Positions 1 through 10,810 are shown, numbered from the stretch's first letter. The stretch: DNA of 64,000 nt from an uncultured Methanomassiliicoccales archaeon (GCA_949298875.1 CASFYI010000063.1:2021-66020), one strand, 5' to 3'. Notes: generated by a model from the letters alone, not told the origin. Made by a program: numbers and translations.

Positions 1-813
1 GACGGACTCAAGGTCGCCGAGTTCGCCGATGCCGTCAAGGACGCGGACGTCGTCATGATCCTGCTCCCCGACGAGATCCAGCCCGAGATCTACGAGCAGT
101 ACGTCAAGCCCAACCTCAAGAAGGGCGCCGCCCTCGAGTTCGCCCACGGGTTCAACATCACCTACAAGCTCATCGTTCCCCCGGAGGACGTCGACGTCAT
201 CATGATGGCCCCCAAGTCCCCCGGAGACAAAGAGAGGGACGAGTTCGTCGCCGGATTCGGCGTCCCCGCCCTCATCTGCGTCTACCAGGACTACACCGGC
301 AACGCCAAGAACGTCGCCCTGGCCCTCGCCAAGGGACTCGGATCCACCCGCGCCGGTGTCTTCGAGACCACCTTCGACAACGAGACCTACACCGACCTCT
401 TCGGCGAGCAGGCCGTCCTCTGCGGCGGAATGACCGCCATGATCAAGGCCGGATTCCAGACCCTCGTCGACGCCGGCTACCCCCCGCAGATGGCCTACTT
501 CGAGGTCTTCCACGAGACCAAGCTCATCGACGACCTGCTCTACGCGGGCGGATTCGAGCTCATGTGGCACGTCGTCTCCAACACCGCCGAGTTCGGAGGC
601 CTCACCAGGAGGGACAGGGTCATCACCGAGGAGTCCAAGAAGGGCATGCAGTCCATCCTGGACGACATCCACGACGGCACCTTCAAGAACGAGTGGAGGG
701 CCGACTACGACGCCGGTCTGAAGAGACTCCACGAGATGGAGGCCGACGAGAAGGCCCTCCAGCTCGAGGCCGTCGGAAAGGAGATCCGCTCCCTCTTCCA
801 GAGGAAGAACTGA
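1..813 (+). CDS. ilvC: Ketol-acid reductoisomerase (5' truncated by window edge)
   Basis: FAHGFNI, MMAPKSPG, TDLFGEQAVLCGG and SNTAEFG motifs; ends TGA. Confidence 0.96.
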   Translation, partial: DGLKVAEFADAVKDADVVMILLPDEIQPEIYEQYVKPNLKKGAALEFAHGFNITYKLIVPPEDVDVIMMAPKSPGDKERDEFVAGFGVPALICVYQDYTGNAKNVALALAKGLGSTRAGVFETTFDNETYTDLFGEQAVLCGGMTAMIKAGFQTLVDAGYPPQMAYFEVFHETKLIDDLLYAGGFELMWHVVSNTAEFGGLTRRDRVITEESKKGMQSILDDIHDGTFKNEWRADYDAGLKRLHEMEADEKALQLEAVGKEIRSLFQRKN

Positions 814-836
814 AACTTCACGGGCCGGGTGGCGTG

Positions 837-1217
837 ATGAGCGGTCTGAGCGTCAGGACGAGGTCGGGAGTGTTCCCGGCGGAGCTGGACGACTCGGACA
901 TCTCGAACGCCATCTGGCTCTCACTTCCCCTCGAGCTCACCTCCAACATGCTCGGGGGGATGATCTACTGCGAGTGCCCCCTGAGCGCGGTCATGCCCAA
1001 GGAGGGCAGGGTCACCGAGCTCGAGGTCGGCGACATCGCATACTGGCCCGGCCCGGGCGCACTCTGCTTCTTCTTCGGGCCGACGCCCCTCAGCGGCGAA
1101 GACGGCAAACCGATCTCACCGTACCCGGTCATAAGGATAGGCAGGTTCACCGGCGACTGCTCCGAGCTGGACGGCACCGGCGACAGACAGAGGATCGTCC
1201 TACTACCCCCGTACTGA
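837..1217 (+). CDS. Cyclophilin-like fold protein (DUF369/TM1367-like)
   Basis: ATG at 837 within ORF 564..1217; EVGDIAYWPGPGALCFFFGPTP motif. Confidence 0.8.
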   Translation: MSGLSVRTRSGVFPAELDDSDISNAIWLSLPLELTSNMLGGMIYCECPLSAVMPKEGRVTELEVGDIAYWPGPGALCFFFGPTPLSGEDGKPISPYPVIRIGRFTGDCSELDGTGDRQRIVLLPPY

Positions 1218-1265
1218 ACCGAACCGTTATCTAGGCCCCGCCCATACCGTCGACTGGTGCGACAC

Positions 1266-2093
1266 ATGTCCAGACATGTCATGGAATGCCTCGGGATGAG
1301 CCGTGTGACGATCGAGGATGGCAAGGTCACGGAGGTCACCGAGCCCCGTGTGAGGTTCTGCCCCCTGTTCGCGAAGCTTCGCGGGATAGAGGAGCTCGAT
1401 GAGGGCACCATCCGCGAGAACATCGAGTTCCGCATCGATTCGTTCGGGATGTGCAGCGAAGACCGCGAGACCGAGATGGACGACGTCCTGTCGTTCGGGA
1501 TATCCGAGACCATGAGCCACGCGCTCCGCGACGGCAGGATCGACGCCGTCGTGCTGGCCGCGGACGGCTGCGGCACCGCCGTTGTGACCGATCCGAGGAT
1601 AGTGCAGGGCCTCGGGGGGAGGATCTCGGGGATCATCGAGACCGAGCCCATACCGAAGGTCGTGAAGGCCGTCGGGGCTGAGAACATGGTGGATCCTGAC
1701 ACCGCCCGCATAGACATGGAGGCCGGTGCCGACCTGGCGCATTCCAAGGGATACCGCAGGTTCGCCCTGACCACCCCATCCGTCGATGTGGCGAGAAGAC
1801 TCCGCGCAAGGTACGGAGATTCCGTGATCCTGATCGGGGTCCACACCACAGGCATGTCCGAGGACGATGCGAAGAACGCATTCGACGTCTTCGACATCAT
1901 AACCGCCTGCGCGTCCAAGCATCTGAGAGAGGAATGCCGCAGGCGTCCGGAGACGCTGGTTGCTGGCAACAAGGTCCCCGTCTACGGCGTCTCCGAGATC
2001 GGCAAGGCCATGGTCCAGGCGAAGCTCGACGAGCTCGGAATGAAGGCCTGGGACCCTTCGGTGCCGGAGGAGCCGCCGCAGCCCCTGATCTGA
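1266..2093 (+). CDS. Methanogenesis marker 8 protein (DUF2099)
   Basis: HVMECLG..RV...GKV, CPLF, NIEFRI..FGM, DGCGT, GGRISG motifs; the upstream GTG (1257) is followed by CGA, so ATG 1266 is preferred. Confidence 0.85.
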   Translation: MSRHVMECLGMSRVTIEDGKVTEVTEPRVRFCPLFAKLRGIEELDEGTIRENIEFRIDSFGMCSEDRETEMDDVLSFGISETMSHALRDGRIDAVVLAADGCGTAVVTDPRIVQGLGGRISGIIETEPIPKVVKAVGAENMVDPDTARIDMEAGADLAHSKGYRRFALTTPSVDVARRLRARYGDSVILIGVHTTGMSEDDAKNAFDVFDIITACASKHLREECRRRPETLVAGNKVPVYGVSEIGKAMVQAKLDELGMKAWDPSVPEEPPQPLI

Positions 2094-2103
2094 GGTTTTC
2101 ATC

Positions 2104-2123
2104 GGGGGCGGAAGACCGCCCCC
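2104..2123. terminator. GC hairpin between convergent genes
   Basis: ggggcgg-aaga-ccgcccc inverted repeat between two TGA stops. Confidence 0.4.
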
Positions 2124-2131
2124 GCCAGGTC

Positions 2132-3562
2132 TCAGGCGTGCCTGATGCCCGTGTGCTCCGAGATCTCGGAGCTCGTGGTGCAGAGATCGTCCAGCGACAG
2201 CTGGGAGAGGTCCGTGTGACCTGAGACCCTCAGGAAAGTCCTTAGCTCGGAATTCAGCGCGTTGAGGAAGTTCCCGACGCGCTTCGCACCCGCCTCCTGG
2301 TCGAGACGGTGCTCCAGCTCCGGGTCCTGTGTCGCGATGCCCATCGGGCACATCCCCGAGTTGCATATCCTGTACCTCTGGCACCCGAGAGCCATCAGCG
2401 GTGCGGATGCCATCGCCACGGCGTCCGCCCCCATCGCGAGGGCCTTGATGCAGTCCCCACTGGTGCGGAACCCCCCGGTTATGATGAGGTCCTGGGCCAT
2501 GTCGTGCTCGTCCATGTACCTCCTGGCACGGGAGAGCGCATAGACCGTGGGGACGGACGAGGCGTCCCTCAGGAACTTGGGCGAGGACCCCGTGGCACCT
2601 CCGCGCCCGTCGATGGTTATGAAATCGCAGCCGGAACGGGAGATGAACTCGAGGTCCTCCTCGATGTGCCCGGCCGCGATCTTGACACCTATGGGCAAGC
2701 CCCTGCTCCTCTCGCGAAGCATCTCCACCATCGCCCTCAGGTCCTCGGGCGAATCGATGCCTGGGAATCTCGAGGGGCTCTGGATGTCCTGCCCGCGATC
2801 CTTCCCCCTCATGACGGCGATGATGTCCGTGACCTTCTCGCCGGGCAGGTGACCGCCCATGCCGGGCTTCGTGCCCTGGCCGATCTTGATCTCTATGGCG
2901 CTGCAGTGCTCCAGCGTGAGGTCGTTGAAGCTGTACCTGTTGGGAATGAACTCGAAGATGTAGCGATGAGATGCGACCATCTCGTCCCACAGCGCCCCGC
3001 CCTCCCCGCTGCACATGGCGGTACCGGCCATGGCACTGCCCTTCGCGAGGGCGATCTTCGCCCTTCCGGACAGCGCACCGAAGCTCATGTGGCTGATGAA
3101 AACGGGGGATTCCAGCTCCATCGGACGCTTCGCTCCCTTCCCGATGACGGTCCTGATGCTGACGTCCGCATCGGTGTCGCAGGGCATTGGGGCCAGCTGG
3201 GCCCCGAGGAAGAGTATGTCCCTGAAATCCGGCACGGGCTCGAGGGTCTCCATCGCACCGTCTACGCTCCTGCCGGTCTCGGCCATGGCGTGGATGTCGT
3301 CCATGACACCGCCGTCGCGCCTCACGAGAGCGGGATCGACCCTGATGTCCTCCGAACGCCCCCCGGAGGGGACTTCCGCGCTTGCAACCTCCCTGATGAC
3401 GGTCGACTGGATGACGCTCCCGTCCTCTTCCATGAGGAAGAACGCGGATTTCGGCGAATGGCACATTGGGCAGACCCAATCGTCCGGGAGGTCGGCGAAC
3501 TTCACTCCCTCGTATTCCTCGTCGTAGATCTCTCCGCAGAGGCTGCAGCGGTACTTGGCCAT
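2132..3562 (-). CDS. FMN-binding glutamate synthase family protein with N-terminal rubredoxin domain
   Basis: CSLCG...[10 protein letters not shown] rubredoxin; [30 protein letters not shown], CxxxRxCxxGxCPxGIATQDP. Confidence 0.9.
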   Translation of the reverse strand: MAKYRCSLCGEIYDEEYEGVKFADLPDDWVCPMCHSPKSAFFLMEEDGSVIQSTVIREVASAEVPSGGRSEDIRVDPALVRRDGGVMDDIHAMAETGRSVDGAMETLEPVPDFRDILFLGAQLAPMPCDTDADVSIRTVIGKGAKRPMELESPVFISHMSFGALSGRAKIALAKGSAMAGTAMCSGEGGALWDEMVASHRYIFEFIPNRYSFNDLTLEHCSAIEIKIGQGTKPGMGGHLPGEKVTDIIAVMRGKDRGQDIQSPSRFPGIDSPEDLRAMVEMLRERSRGLPIGVKIAAGHIEEDLEFISRSGCDFITIDGRGGATGSSPKFLRDASSVPTVYALSRARRYMDEHDMAQDLIITGGFRTSGDCIKALAMGADAVAMASAPLMALGCQRYRICNSGMCPMGIATQDPELEHRLDQEAGAKRVGNFLNALNSELRTFLRVSGHTDLSQLSLDDLCTTSSEISEHTGIRHA

Positions 3563-3599
3563 GGGGGCTGTATCGTCTTGCAGGATATATCAGCGAACG

Positions 3600-3860
3600 T
3601 CCTTGACAGCGGAACTCGTCAGCTGTCACCTCTCACGTTAACACGGCGGTCAGACCACCTGCGCCCCCGTCGGTCACCCGGAGGCGGCGCACTCCCACCC
3701 TCCGTACCTTGTCATGAACCTCTCGGGTGCGCCGCAGTACTCCCCGCCCTCCTGCGAGATTACATCGAACCCATCGTCGGTCAGGGGTGGAAATCGCCCT
3801 CCGTCCCATAAGGTCGGATTCGCGGGCCGGGACGTGCCCGACTCGCTGTTGAGAGCCCGG
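3600..3860. ncRNA. Candidate structured non-coding RNA or leader (unidentified)
   Basis: About 260 nt intergenic stretch with several stems (gacagc/gctgtc, gcggcgcac/gtgcgccgc) and possible 5'/3' end pairing; RNase P and SRP signature motifs not found. Confidence 0.3.
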
Positions 3861-3874
3861 AGGGGCCCGGGGTT

Positions 3875-5197
3875 TCAATTCCCGACGAGCTCGGCGCCGG
3901 AAAACGACATGGTGGGCGTGCTGATCACGCCAGTCTGCGTGAGGTCGGACCCGATCATCTCGACCGAGCGGATCGCGTCGAACATGTTGCCCATGAGGAG
4001 CGAGTTGTTCACCACCCCGACGACCTCGCCGTTCCTGATCAGGTAACCACACCTGACGTTCAGACCGAACCTGCCGGACAGCTCGTCGGCCTCCGGGTTG
4101 GCGAACCTCTCCACGAGGATCCCCCTGTCGGTCTGCTCGATCATCCGCTCCCTCGTCAGATTCCCGGGGGAGACCACCAGGTTGAGCGGCTTGACGATGG
4201 GCGTCCTCTCGTAGGCGCCCATGGCCTCGACGCTGGACCTGCGCATGCCGTTGCCGGTGCTGTCGCCGCAGAACGAGTCCCTCAGGAACGTGCGGAGGAC
4301 GCCTCCCTCTATGACGGGCTTCCTGCAGGCCGGGGTGCCCTCGTCATCGAACACGCATGAGAGCGGGGCGGGAACGGTCGGATCATCGGTCATGCTCACG
4401 CAATCCGACGCGACCTCCTGTCCGACAGAGTCCTTCCAGAGGCTCCTGCCGTACTTCACGTTCTCGCCGTTGACCGCGGCCCCGACGGAGGACATGAGCA
4501 TGTCCCCGAGCTGGCCCGGCGGAAGGATCATCGAGAGCGACTCGTGGCCCTCGAACCCCTTCGCCGACGCGGAGTCCCTCGCCTGCCTGGCCAGGGATGC
4601 ACCGATGTCCTCGATCGGGATGTCCAGATGGGTGCCGTGGAAGGTCTCAACGCCCTCGCCCGGCTGCTCGCCCCTGAACATCGACGTGAAGTGACCGTAC
4701 ACCAGGGTGCTCCTGTGGCCGACGTCGACGCCGTTGGAGTTCATCACCCTGCTGACGTTGGTCGACACACGTATCTGCGCCCTGGGGATGTCCACACCGC
4801 ATGAATCTATGAGGCGCTGGGCCATCTCCCTCAGGACGTCGGGGGTCACGTCCTCGACCCTCCCGTCCCAGACCCCGGGATCGGATATCCTGGCGCTGCC
4901 CGGTTCGGCGTACCTGACCGCGGGGCCCTCCGGAGAGTGCCTGATGACCGCCTCGGCCATCCTCACGCACTCCTTGACGGAGCTGTCGCCACCGATGGTG
5001 ACCGAGGACTTGCCCTGGCGACCGCCGTCGGCCATCCTGACCATGAGGCCGGACTCGCGCTTGGTCTCTATGTTGCTGATGCGGGTGCCGTCCACGTAGA
5101 CGGTGTGGATCACGGACTCCAGACCGTAGGCCTCCGCCTGGCCGTATCCCTCGAGGGCGCGGAGCGCGCTCTCCACGTTGACTTCGAGGTCGCTCAC
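3875..5197 (-). CDS. pmbA: TldE/PmbA family protein
   Basis: GTG at 5197 overlaps the tldD stop; FDDEGTP, STGNG, GYLIRNGE; no HExxxH. Confidence 0.85.
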   Translation of the reverse strand: MSDLEVNVESALRALEGYGQAEAYGLESVIHTVYVDGTRISNIETKRESGLMVRMADGGRQGKSSVTIGGDSSVKECVRMAEAVIRHSPEGPAVRYAEPGSARISDPGVWDGRVEDVTPDVLREMAQRLIDSCGVDIPRAQIRVSTNVSRVMNSNGVDVGHRSTLVYGHFTSMFRGEQPGEGVETFHGTHLDIPIEDIGASLARQARDSASAKGFEGHESLSMILPPGQLGDMLMSSVGAAVNGENVKYGRSLWKDSVGQEVASDCVSMTDDPTVPAPLSCVFDDEGTPACRKPVIEGGVLRTFLRDSFCGDSTGNGMRRSSVEAMGAYERTPIVKPLNLVVSPGNLTRERMIEQTDRGILVERFANPEADELSGRFGLNVRCGYLIRNGEVVGVVNNSLLMGNMFDAIRSVEMIGSDLTQTGVISTPTMSFSGAELVGN

Positions 5198-6603
5198 TGG
5201 CCTCCCCCCACGATCATCCTGGCGCGCATGTAAGGGCCTCCCGTCGATACGCGGACCCAGTCCTCTATGCCCTTGCCGCACATCCCCCCGTCCAGGAGGA
5301 CCTCCTTGGACAGGGCGTCCACCGAGGACAGGATGTCTATCGACTTGCCCGTGAGCGTGAACGACTGCACCGGCTTCACTATCTCCCCGTTCCTCACCAG
5401 GTATCCGCGCAGGCACTTGGCCTCGAAGCATCCGCCCACGGGGTCCTCCATGCCGTTGAGCATCTTGTCGCAGAGGATGCCCTCCTTCGTGTCGGCGATG
5501 AGCTCGTCCCTGTCCCAGTCGCCCGGTCCGAAGAACGTGTTGGTCATCCTGACCCAGACCCTCTTGCCGGCGTTCTCCGCCCTGCCGTTGCCGGTGGGGT
5601 GGACCCCCAGGCGGGAGGCGGTCTCGAGACTGTGCATGTAGCCCTGGTAGACCCCGTGGTCGATTATCGTGACCTTGGACGCCGGTGTCCCCTCGTCGTC
5701 GAAGCGTATGGACCCGTGCGCACCGGGGACCGTGCCGTTGTCGTACATCGTTATCAGATCGGAGGCGACCTTCCTGCCGACGGCGTCCGTGAGGAACGAG
5801 CGCCTCTTGGTGATCTCGTCGCCCTCCGACGCGTGGCCCATGGCCTCGTGGGCCAGGAGGCCGGAGACCATGGGGTCGGAGATGACGGTCATGTTGCCGG
5901 ACGGGGCGCGGTCCGCGGAGAGCGTGACGATGGCCTCGCGGGCGGCGTTCCTGCCTATCTCCTCCAGGTCAGCGTCCCTCACAACCTCGAACCCGCGGGT
6001 GCTGTCCGGACCGTCGTAGTACTGCTCCATCCTCTGGCCGTCGGCCGCGATGGACATGGCGCGGCAGATGGTGCGGACCTCCTCCCAGCTCACGTCGGAG
6101 CCGGCGGAGTTCACGAGGGCGTTGGTCTTGACCTCCTCGGAGTAGGCCCCGGTGCGGTTGATGATCCTGTCGTCGATCGCCTGGGCCTTGTCCAGGTCGA
6201 GCGCGGCCTGGATCTTCTCGTCCAGGTCGACTGAGTCGGGATGGACCCTCACATCCGCGCGGTGGTCCCCGCGGGAGACCGAGGGCTCCAGGTCCAGCCT
6301 GACGGCGGAGTCGTCCCTCGAGTTGGAGACGGCCTCCTCGGCGGCCCTCAGGACCGCGTCCCTGTCGAAGGATGTGGCGGTCCCGTAGCCCCAGCGGGAG
6401 CCTCCCCATGCCCTGAGGCACACGCCGCCCGTGCTCTTCTCCACCAGCTGCTTCAGGTTGCCGTTGATCGTGGTGGCCCCGGCGACGCGGACCGTCTGGG
6501 ACCTGGCGTCCGCGAACACGGCGCCGAGGTCGCGCATACGGTCCACGGCCTGGTGGAGGACGTCCTGGGCCTCCTCGGCCCTCATCAGAACCGCCTCCAT
6601 CAT
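5194..6603 (-). CDS. tldD: TldD family metalloprotease
   Basis: HEAMGHASEGD, FDDEGTP, TGNGRA, RMTNTF, GMCGK, GGP motifs. Confidence 0.9.
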   Translation of the reverse strand: MMEAVLMRAEEAQDVLHQAVDRMRDLGAVFADARSQTVRVAGATTINGNLKQLVEKSTGGVCLRAWGGSRWGYGTATSFDRDAVLRAAEEAVSNSRDDSAVRLDLEPSVSRGDHRADVRVHPDSVDLDEKIQAALDLDKAQAIDDRIINRTGAYSEEVKTNALVNSAGSDVSWEEVRTICRAMSIAADGQRMEQYYDGPDSTRGFEVVRDADLEEIGRNAAREAIVTLSADRAPSGNMTVISDPMVSGLLAHEAMGHASEGDEITKRRSFLTDAVGRKVASDLITMYDNGTVPGAHGSIRFDDEGTPASKVTIIDHGVYQGYMHSLETASRLGVHPTGNGRAENAGKRVWVRMTNTFFGPGDWDRDELIADTKEGILCDKMLNGMEDPVGGCFEAKCLRGYLVRNGEIVKPVQSFTLTGKSIDILSSVDALSKEVLLDGGMCGKGIEDWVRVSTGGPYMRARMIVGGGQ

Positions 6604-7688
6604 ACCACCGTGAACGAGTGGTCGAAGGACGTGAGCACCTCGCATCCGTCCTCGGTCACGAGTATCGTGTCCTCGATCCTTATGCCTCCGACCCCGGGTA
6701 TGTACACGCCGGGCTCGGCGGATACGATGTTGCCGGCCTTGAGTATCTGCTCGGACCTCGGGGACACGGAGATGTGCTGGTGCACGTCCATGCCGATGCC
6801 GTGCCCGAACGAGTGGATGAACTTCCCCTTGAACTCGGACTCGTCGATGACCTTCCTGGCCGCGAGGTCCGGTTCGAACGCCTTGATTCCGGCGCGGTAC
6901 GCCTCGATCCCGGCCCTCTGCGCCTCTAGGACGACCTCGTAGGCCCTCTCGAGGACCTCCGGGGGCCTTCCGAGGAACACGGTCCTCGTCATATCGGAGC
7001 AGTACCTGTCGTACTTGGTACCGAAGTCGAATAGGGCTGTGTCCCCCCTCTTCAGGGAGTAGTCGCAGGGCATGTGGTGGGGCTGAGAGGACCAGGGGCC
7101 GAACGCTGCGATGGTATCGAAGGCGTTCCCGGTCCCGCCGAGCTCGCGCATCCTGTTGTCCATCCTGGCGGCCACCTGCTTCTCTGTGACGCCCTCGGAC
7201 AGCATGTCCGGGATCTCCCCGGCGACGATGGACGATATCCTGCAAGCCTCGCGGGTGGCGGCGATCTCCTTCTCGTCCTTCACGGAGACGGTGTCCCCGA
7301 TGGCGTCGGATGCGTTGACGACCTCGATCCCCTCCGCGACCTTCTTCACGTACTCGACGGCCGCATATGTGGCGTTGTTCACGTTGAACCCGACTTTGGT
7401 GCAGCCCTTCAGCGCCTCGCGGATGAACTCGTCGCGCTCCTTCCCGGTATGGTAGACGTGCACGTCCCCCGCCCCCTGGCGGGCGCCCTCCTCCTCGAGG
7501 ATGCTGACGATGACGTCCAGCTTCCCGCCGGGTCCGGCGATGGCGAAGCTCCCCTCGAACGTTCCAGAGGTCTGCTCGGTGAGGTACCAGAATGCCGAAT
7601 CGAGGAACGGCTCGCCGTCGTTCGCGATGACGACAGCGTCCATGCCCTCGGCGTTCTCCATGAGCCTCTCGGCCCTTGATTTCTGCAT
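6600..7688 (-). CDS. pepQ: Xaa-Pro aminopeptidase (M24 family)
   Basis: DFG..Y..YCSDMTRT, HSFGHGIG, EPGVY...GGIRIED; ATG at 7688 preceded by a TATTTA box. Confidence 0.9.
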   Translation of the reverse strand: MQKSRAERLMENAEGMDAVVIANDGEPFLDSAFWYLTEQTSGTFEGSFAIAGPGGKLDVIVSILEEEGARQGAGDVHVYHTGKERDEFIREALKGCTKVGFNVNNATYAAVEYVKKVAEGIEVVNASDAIGDTVSVKDEKEIAATREACRISSIVAGEIPDMLSEGVTEKQVAARMDNRMRELGGTGNAFDTIAAFGPWSSQPHHMPCDYSLKRGDTALFDFGTKYDRYCSDMTRTVFLGRPPEVLERAYEVVLEAQRAGIEAYRAGIKAFEPDLAARKVIDESEFKGKFIHSFGHGIGMDVHQHISVSPRSEQILKAGNIVSAEPGVYIPGVGGIRIEDTILVTEDGCEVLTSFDHSFTVV

Positions 7689-7733
7689 GAACCTGGATTG
7701 GGGACTCCCTAAATAGGAATGGCGATGGACCCA

Positions 7734-8222
7734 TCGGTCGGATGTGGGCAGGTCCGCGAAAGCGAAGGACGCGCATCCGTCCGAGATGAGCGACTCCAGG
7801 TCCTCCGTGCCGACCCAGACAGTGCACGTGTTGTCGTTGGGATGTACGCCCATGCGGGACCCGCGGAAACTGGAGTCGACCACCACGTCCACCGAACGGT
7901 CCGGGTCGTTGAGTATGCCGAACGGCGTGACGGACCCGCGCGTTAGCCCGAGGTGCGACATCAGGTCCTCCTCGGAGGCCATGCTGAGGGGCCTGGAACC
8001 TATGACCGTACGGAGGGCCTTCAGGTCCACCCTCTGATCCTCCCTGGCGACCACGAGATAGTACCTGCGCTTCTTGTCGTCCCTCAGGAACAGGTTCTTG
8101 GCGATTAGCTCGGGATGCGGGAGATCCTGCTCCAGCATCTCCTCGATGGTGAACACCGGAGGGTGATGCGCCTCCTCGAATGCTATGCCTCTGGACCTTA
8201 GCAGGCCGAGGATGTCCTCCAT
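7734..8222 (-). CDS. YbaK/ProX prolyl-tRNA editing domain protein (ends at in-frame CGA)
   Basis: HPPVFT, KNLFLRD, GSVTPFG, HPNDN motifs; CGA at 7734-7736 right after the domain end; alternative start 8246. Confidence 0.85.
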
Positions 8223-8334
8223 GCCGAGATGCCGACGCTCTTCCATGCGGAGACGGAACGCGTACGGTGATGATAATGGAGTGTCCTCCGGAATCCCGGA
8301 GGTCGGCGGGCATGCGCCCGCCAGGGTTTGATTA

Positions 8335-9141
8335 TCAGATCCCGATCCACTCGTTGCCGACGATCCTGTGGAGGGCGGCGATGGCAGAGAGGGATGCGAG
8401 ATAGGACGTCTTCGGGTTGTCCGGGGACGGCACGTTGTAGGTGTGGCAGGTCATCTCCCCGAACTCGCCCTTGATCCTGAGCTCGTGGGAGTTGCTGTGG
8501 CTGCCCGGGTCGAGGACGATCTTGACCTTGGTCCTGTCGAACCCGACTCCGAGGAGCGAGACGGTGGCGGCCACGTTTATGTTCCTGGGGAAGAACCTGA
8601 CCGCGTCCCTGGCCGTTCCGGAGAAGATGACCGTGGGCTCCTTCACCTTGTCCACGTCGATCCCGTGGTCGATGATGTACGGGACTCCCTCCAGGCTCTT
8701 AGGGCCCTTGGTGGTGATGAGCTCGACCTCGTCGAGCCTGCCCACGGCGGACGCCCTCAGGCCGTCGGTGCCGCATATCGCACCGGAGGGGATGAAGATC
8801 TTGGCCTCGGAGTTCTTGGCCTTGTCCTTGACCATCATACGGAAGTCGTCGTCCACAAGGGCTCCGACGGACATTATCATCATGTCGACACCGCGGGACA
8901 CGACGCGGGGGGCGATGTCCCTGGCGGCTGCCTGGGAGGCGGCCTCGATAACGAGGTCGCAGTGGTAGAGCTCCTCCTCCACGCTGTCGACCACGATTGC
9001 CTTCTTGAGCCGGGCGGCGAGATCCTCGGCGAGATGCCTCTCCATGTCGACGAGGTAGATCCTCTTGACCTCGGGCATCTCATCGGCGGCGCTGGCCAGC
9101 TTGGAACCGATGGACCCGCAGCCCACTATCGTTATGCGCAT
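8335..9141 (-). CDS. nadX: L-aspartate dehydrogenase
   Basis: GCGSIG, EAAS, SVGAL, PSGAI.G.D, FPRNINVAA, NPKTSYLA. Confidence 0.92.
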   Translation of the reverse strand: MRITIVGCGSIGSKLASAADEMPEVKRIYLVDMERHLAEDLAARLKKAIVVDSVEEELYHCDLVIEAASQAAARDIAPRVVSRGVDMMIMSVGALVDDDFRMMVKDKAKNSEAKIFIPSGAICGTDGLRASAVGRLDEVELITTKGPKSLEGVPYIIDHGIDVDKVKEPTVIFSGTARDAVRFFPRNINVAATVSLLGVGFDRTKVKIVLDPGSHSNSHELRIKGEFGEMTCHTYNVPSPDNPKTSYLASLSAIAALHRIVGNEWIGI

Positions 9142-9280
9142 GGATGGCCGACCGACGGCTTCGGATAATAAGGTTTGCAGACTTTGCAGGAATCCCGCTG
9201 GTAATCGTTCGGATTTCGCGGAATAATTGCGGTATCCGGATGTTTCCCGACGGATTCCGTAGAACCCGTCGGGTGGATGC

Positions 9281-10810
9281 TCAGCGGAGCATCGCGGCCA
9301 TGTCGGAATCGACGTCCGAGACGGCGTGGATGTCGAACTCCCTGACCAGGATGTCGAGCACGGCAGGGGACACGAACGCCGGGAGCGACGGTCCGAGGTA
9401 TATGCTCCTGATCCCCAGATGGAGCAGCGTCAGGAGGATGCACACCGCCTTCTGCTCGTACCACGAGATGACCATCGACAGGGGCAGGTCGTTGACCCCG
9501 CATCCGAACGCGTCGGCCAGCGCCACGGCCACCTGCACCGCTCCATAGGCGTCGTTGCACTGGCCCATGTCCATGAGACGGGGGAGTCCGGCGACCGTCC
9601 CCAGGTCCAGGTCGTTGAACCTGTACTTCCCGCAGGCCAGCGTGAGGACGACTGAATCCTCCGAGGTCTTCTCGACGAACTCCCTGAAGTATCCGCGTCC
9701 GGGCTTGGCGCCGTCGCATCCGCCCACGAGGAAAAAGTGGTTGATTTGGCCCGACTTGACGGCCTCGACGACCTTGTCGGCGACGGAGAGCACGAACCCG
9801 TGTCCGAACCCGGTCGCAAGAGTCGCTCCGGTGCTCGTGGGCTCGGCGAAGCCTCCCAGCTCCAGGGCCTTCTCGATGACGGGTGCGAAGTCCTTTCCGT
9901 CCCCGATGTGGACCGTTCCCGGGAAGGCCACGGGTCCTGTGGTGAACACCCTGTCCCTGTACGAATCCTTGGGAGGCATGAGGCAGTTGGTCGTGTACAC
10001 GATGGCCGCGGGGACCCCATCGAACTCGTCCCTCTGGTTCTGCCAGGCTGTTCCGAAGTTGCCCTTCAGATGTGTGTACTTCCTGAGCTCGGGATATCCG
10101 AAGGCCGGGAGCATCTCCCCATGGGTGTAGACGTTGATCCCCTTGCCCTCGGTCTGCTCGAGGATCAGGCGGAGGTCCTCCAGATCATGCCCGGTGACGA
10201 TGATCGCAGGTCCGGCGGCCACGTCGCGGGGGACGGTGGCAGGGGAGGGCACGCCGAATCTGGCGGTGTTCGCACGGTCCAGCATCGCCATGCAGGCGAG
10301 ATTCGCCTTCCCCAACCTCAGGGCGACGTCGAGGAGACCGTCGGCACCCATGTCCGACCCCACGGCGCGGAGAGCCTCGTACATCATCGAATCGACCTCG
10401 GAGTCGGTCTCGCCCAGGACCTCGGCGTGGTATGCGTAGGCCGCCATGCCACGGACCCCGAACAGAATCAGGGACTTCAGCGAGCGAACATCCTCCTGGG
10501 CGCACCAGACCGACGACATCTGTATCTCGCCCTCCCCTCCGGACACCTTCCAGACCTCGTCCGTCAGATCTCTGATACTGTCGGCATCAAAGTCCACGTT
10601 GGTCAGGGTGGCGAAGAGCGCCCTCCTGACGAGGGAGTCGATCCCGGGCGTGGGGGTTTCGACGGTATTGACGAGGCCCACGAGGGCGCCCGTGAGCTCG
10701 TCCTGGAGCATGGCCACCTCGGAGGTCTTGCCGCAGACCCCTGACCTGCCCGCACATGCGCGGCCTCCGGCGGTCTGCTCGCACTGATAGCAGAACATCT
10801 CTTCCGACAT
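9281..10810 (-). CDS. hcp: Hydroxylamine reductase (hybrid cluster protein)
   Basis: MFCYQCEQT, GVCGK, YTHGEMLP, TTNC, GGCDG, GQCNDAY, SWYEQKA. Confidence 0.97.
   Translation of the reverse strand: MSEEMFCYQCEQTAGGRACAGRSGVCGKTSEVAMLQDELTGALVGLVNTVETPTPGIDSLVRRALFATLTNVDFDADSIRDLTDEVWKVSGGEGEIQMSSVWCAQEDVRSLKSLILFGVRGMAAYAYHAEVLGETDSEVDSMMYEALRAVGSDMGADGLLDVALRLGKANLACMAMLDRANTARFGVPSPATVPRDVAAGPAIIVTGHDLEDLRLILEQTEGKGINVYTHGEMLPAFGYPELRKYTHLKGNFGTAWQNQRDEFDGVPAAIVYTTNCLMPPKDSYRDRVFTTGPVAFPGTVHIGDGKDFAPVIEKALELGGFAEPTSTGATLATGFGHGFVLSVADKVVEAVKSGQINHFFLVGGCDGAKPGRGYFREFVEKTSEDSVVLTLACGKYRFNDLDLGTVAGLPRLMDMGQCNDAYGAVQVAVALADAFGCGVNDLPLSMVISWYEQKAVCILLTLLHLGIRSIYLGPSLPAFVSPAVLDILVREFDIHAVSDVDSDMAAMLR

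Noticed and set aside
3600-3860. RNase P or SRP RNA assignment
   Set aside because: No GAGGAAAGTCC/ACAGAA or CAGG-GNRA-AGCA signature found on either strand.
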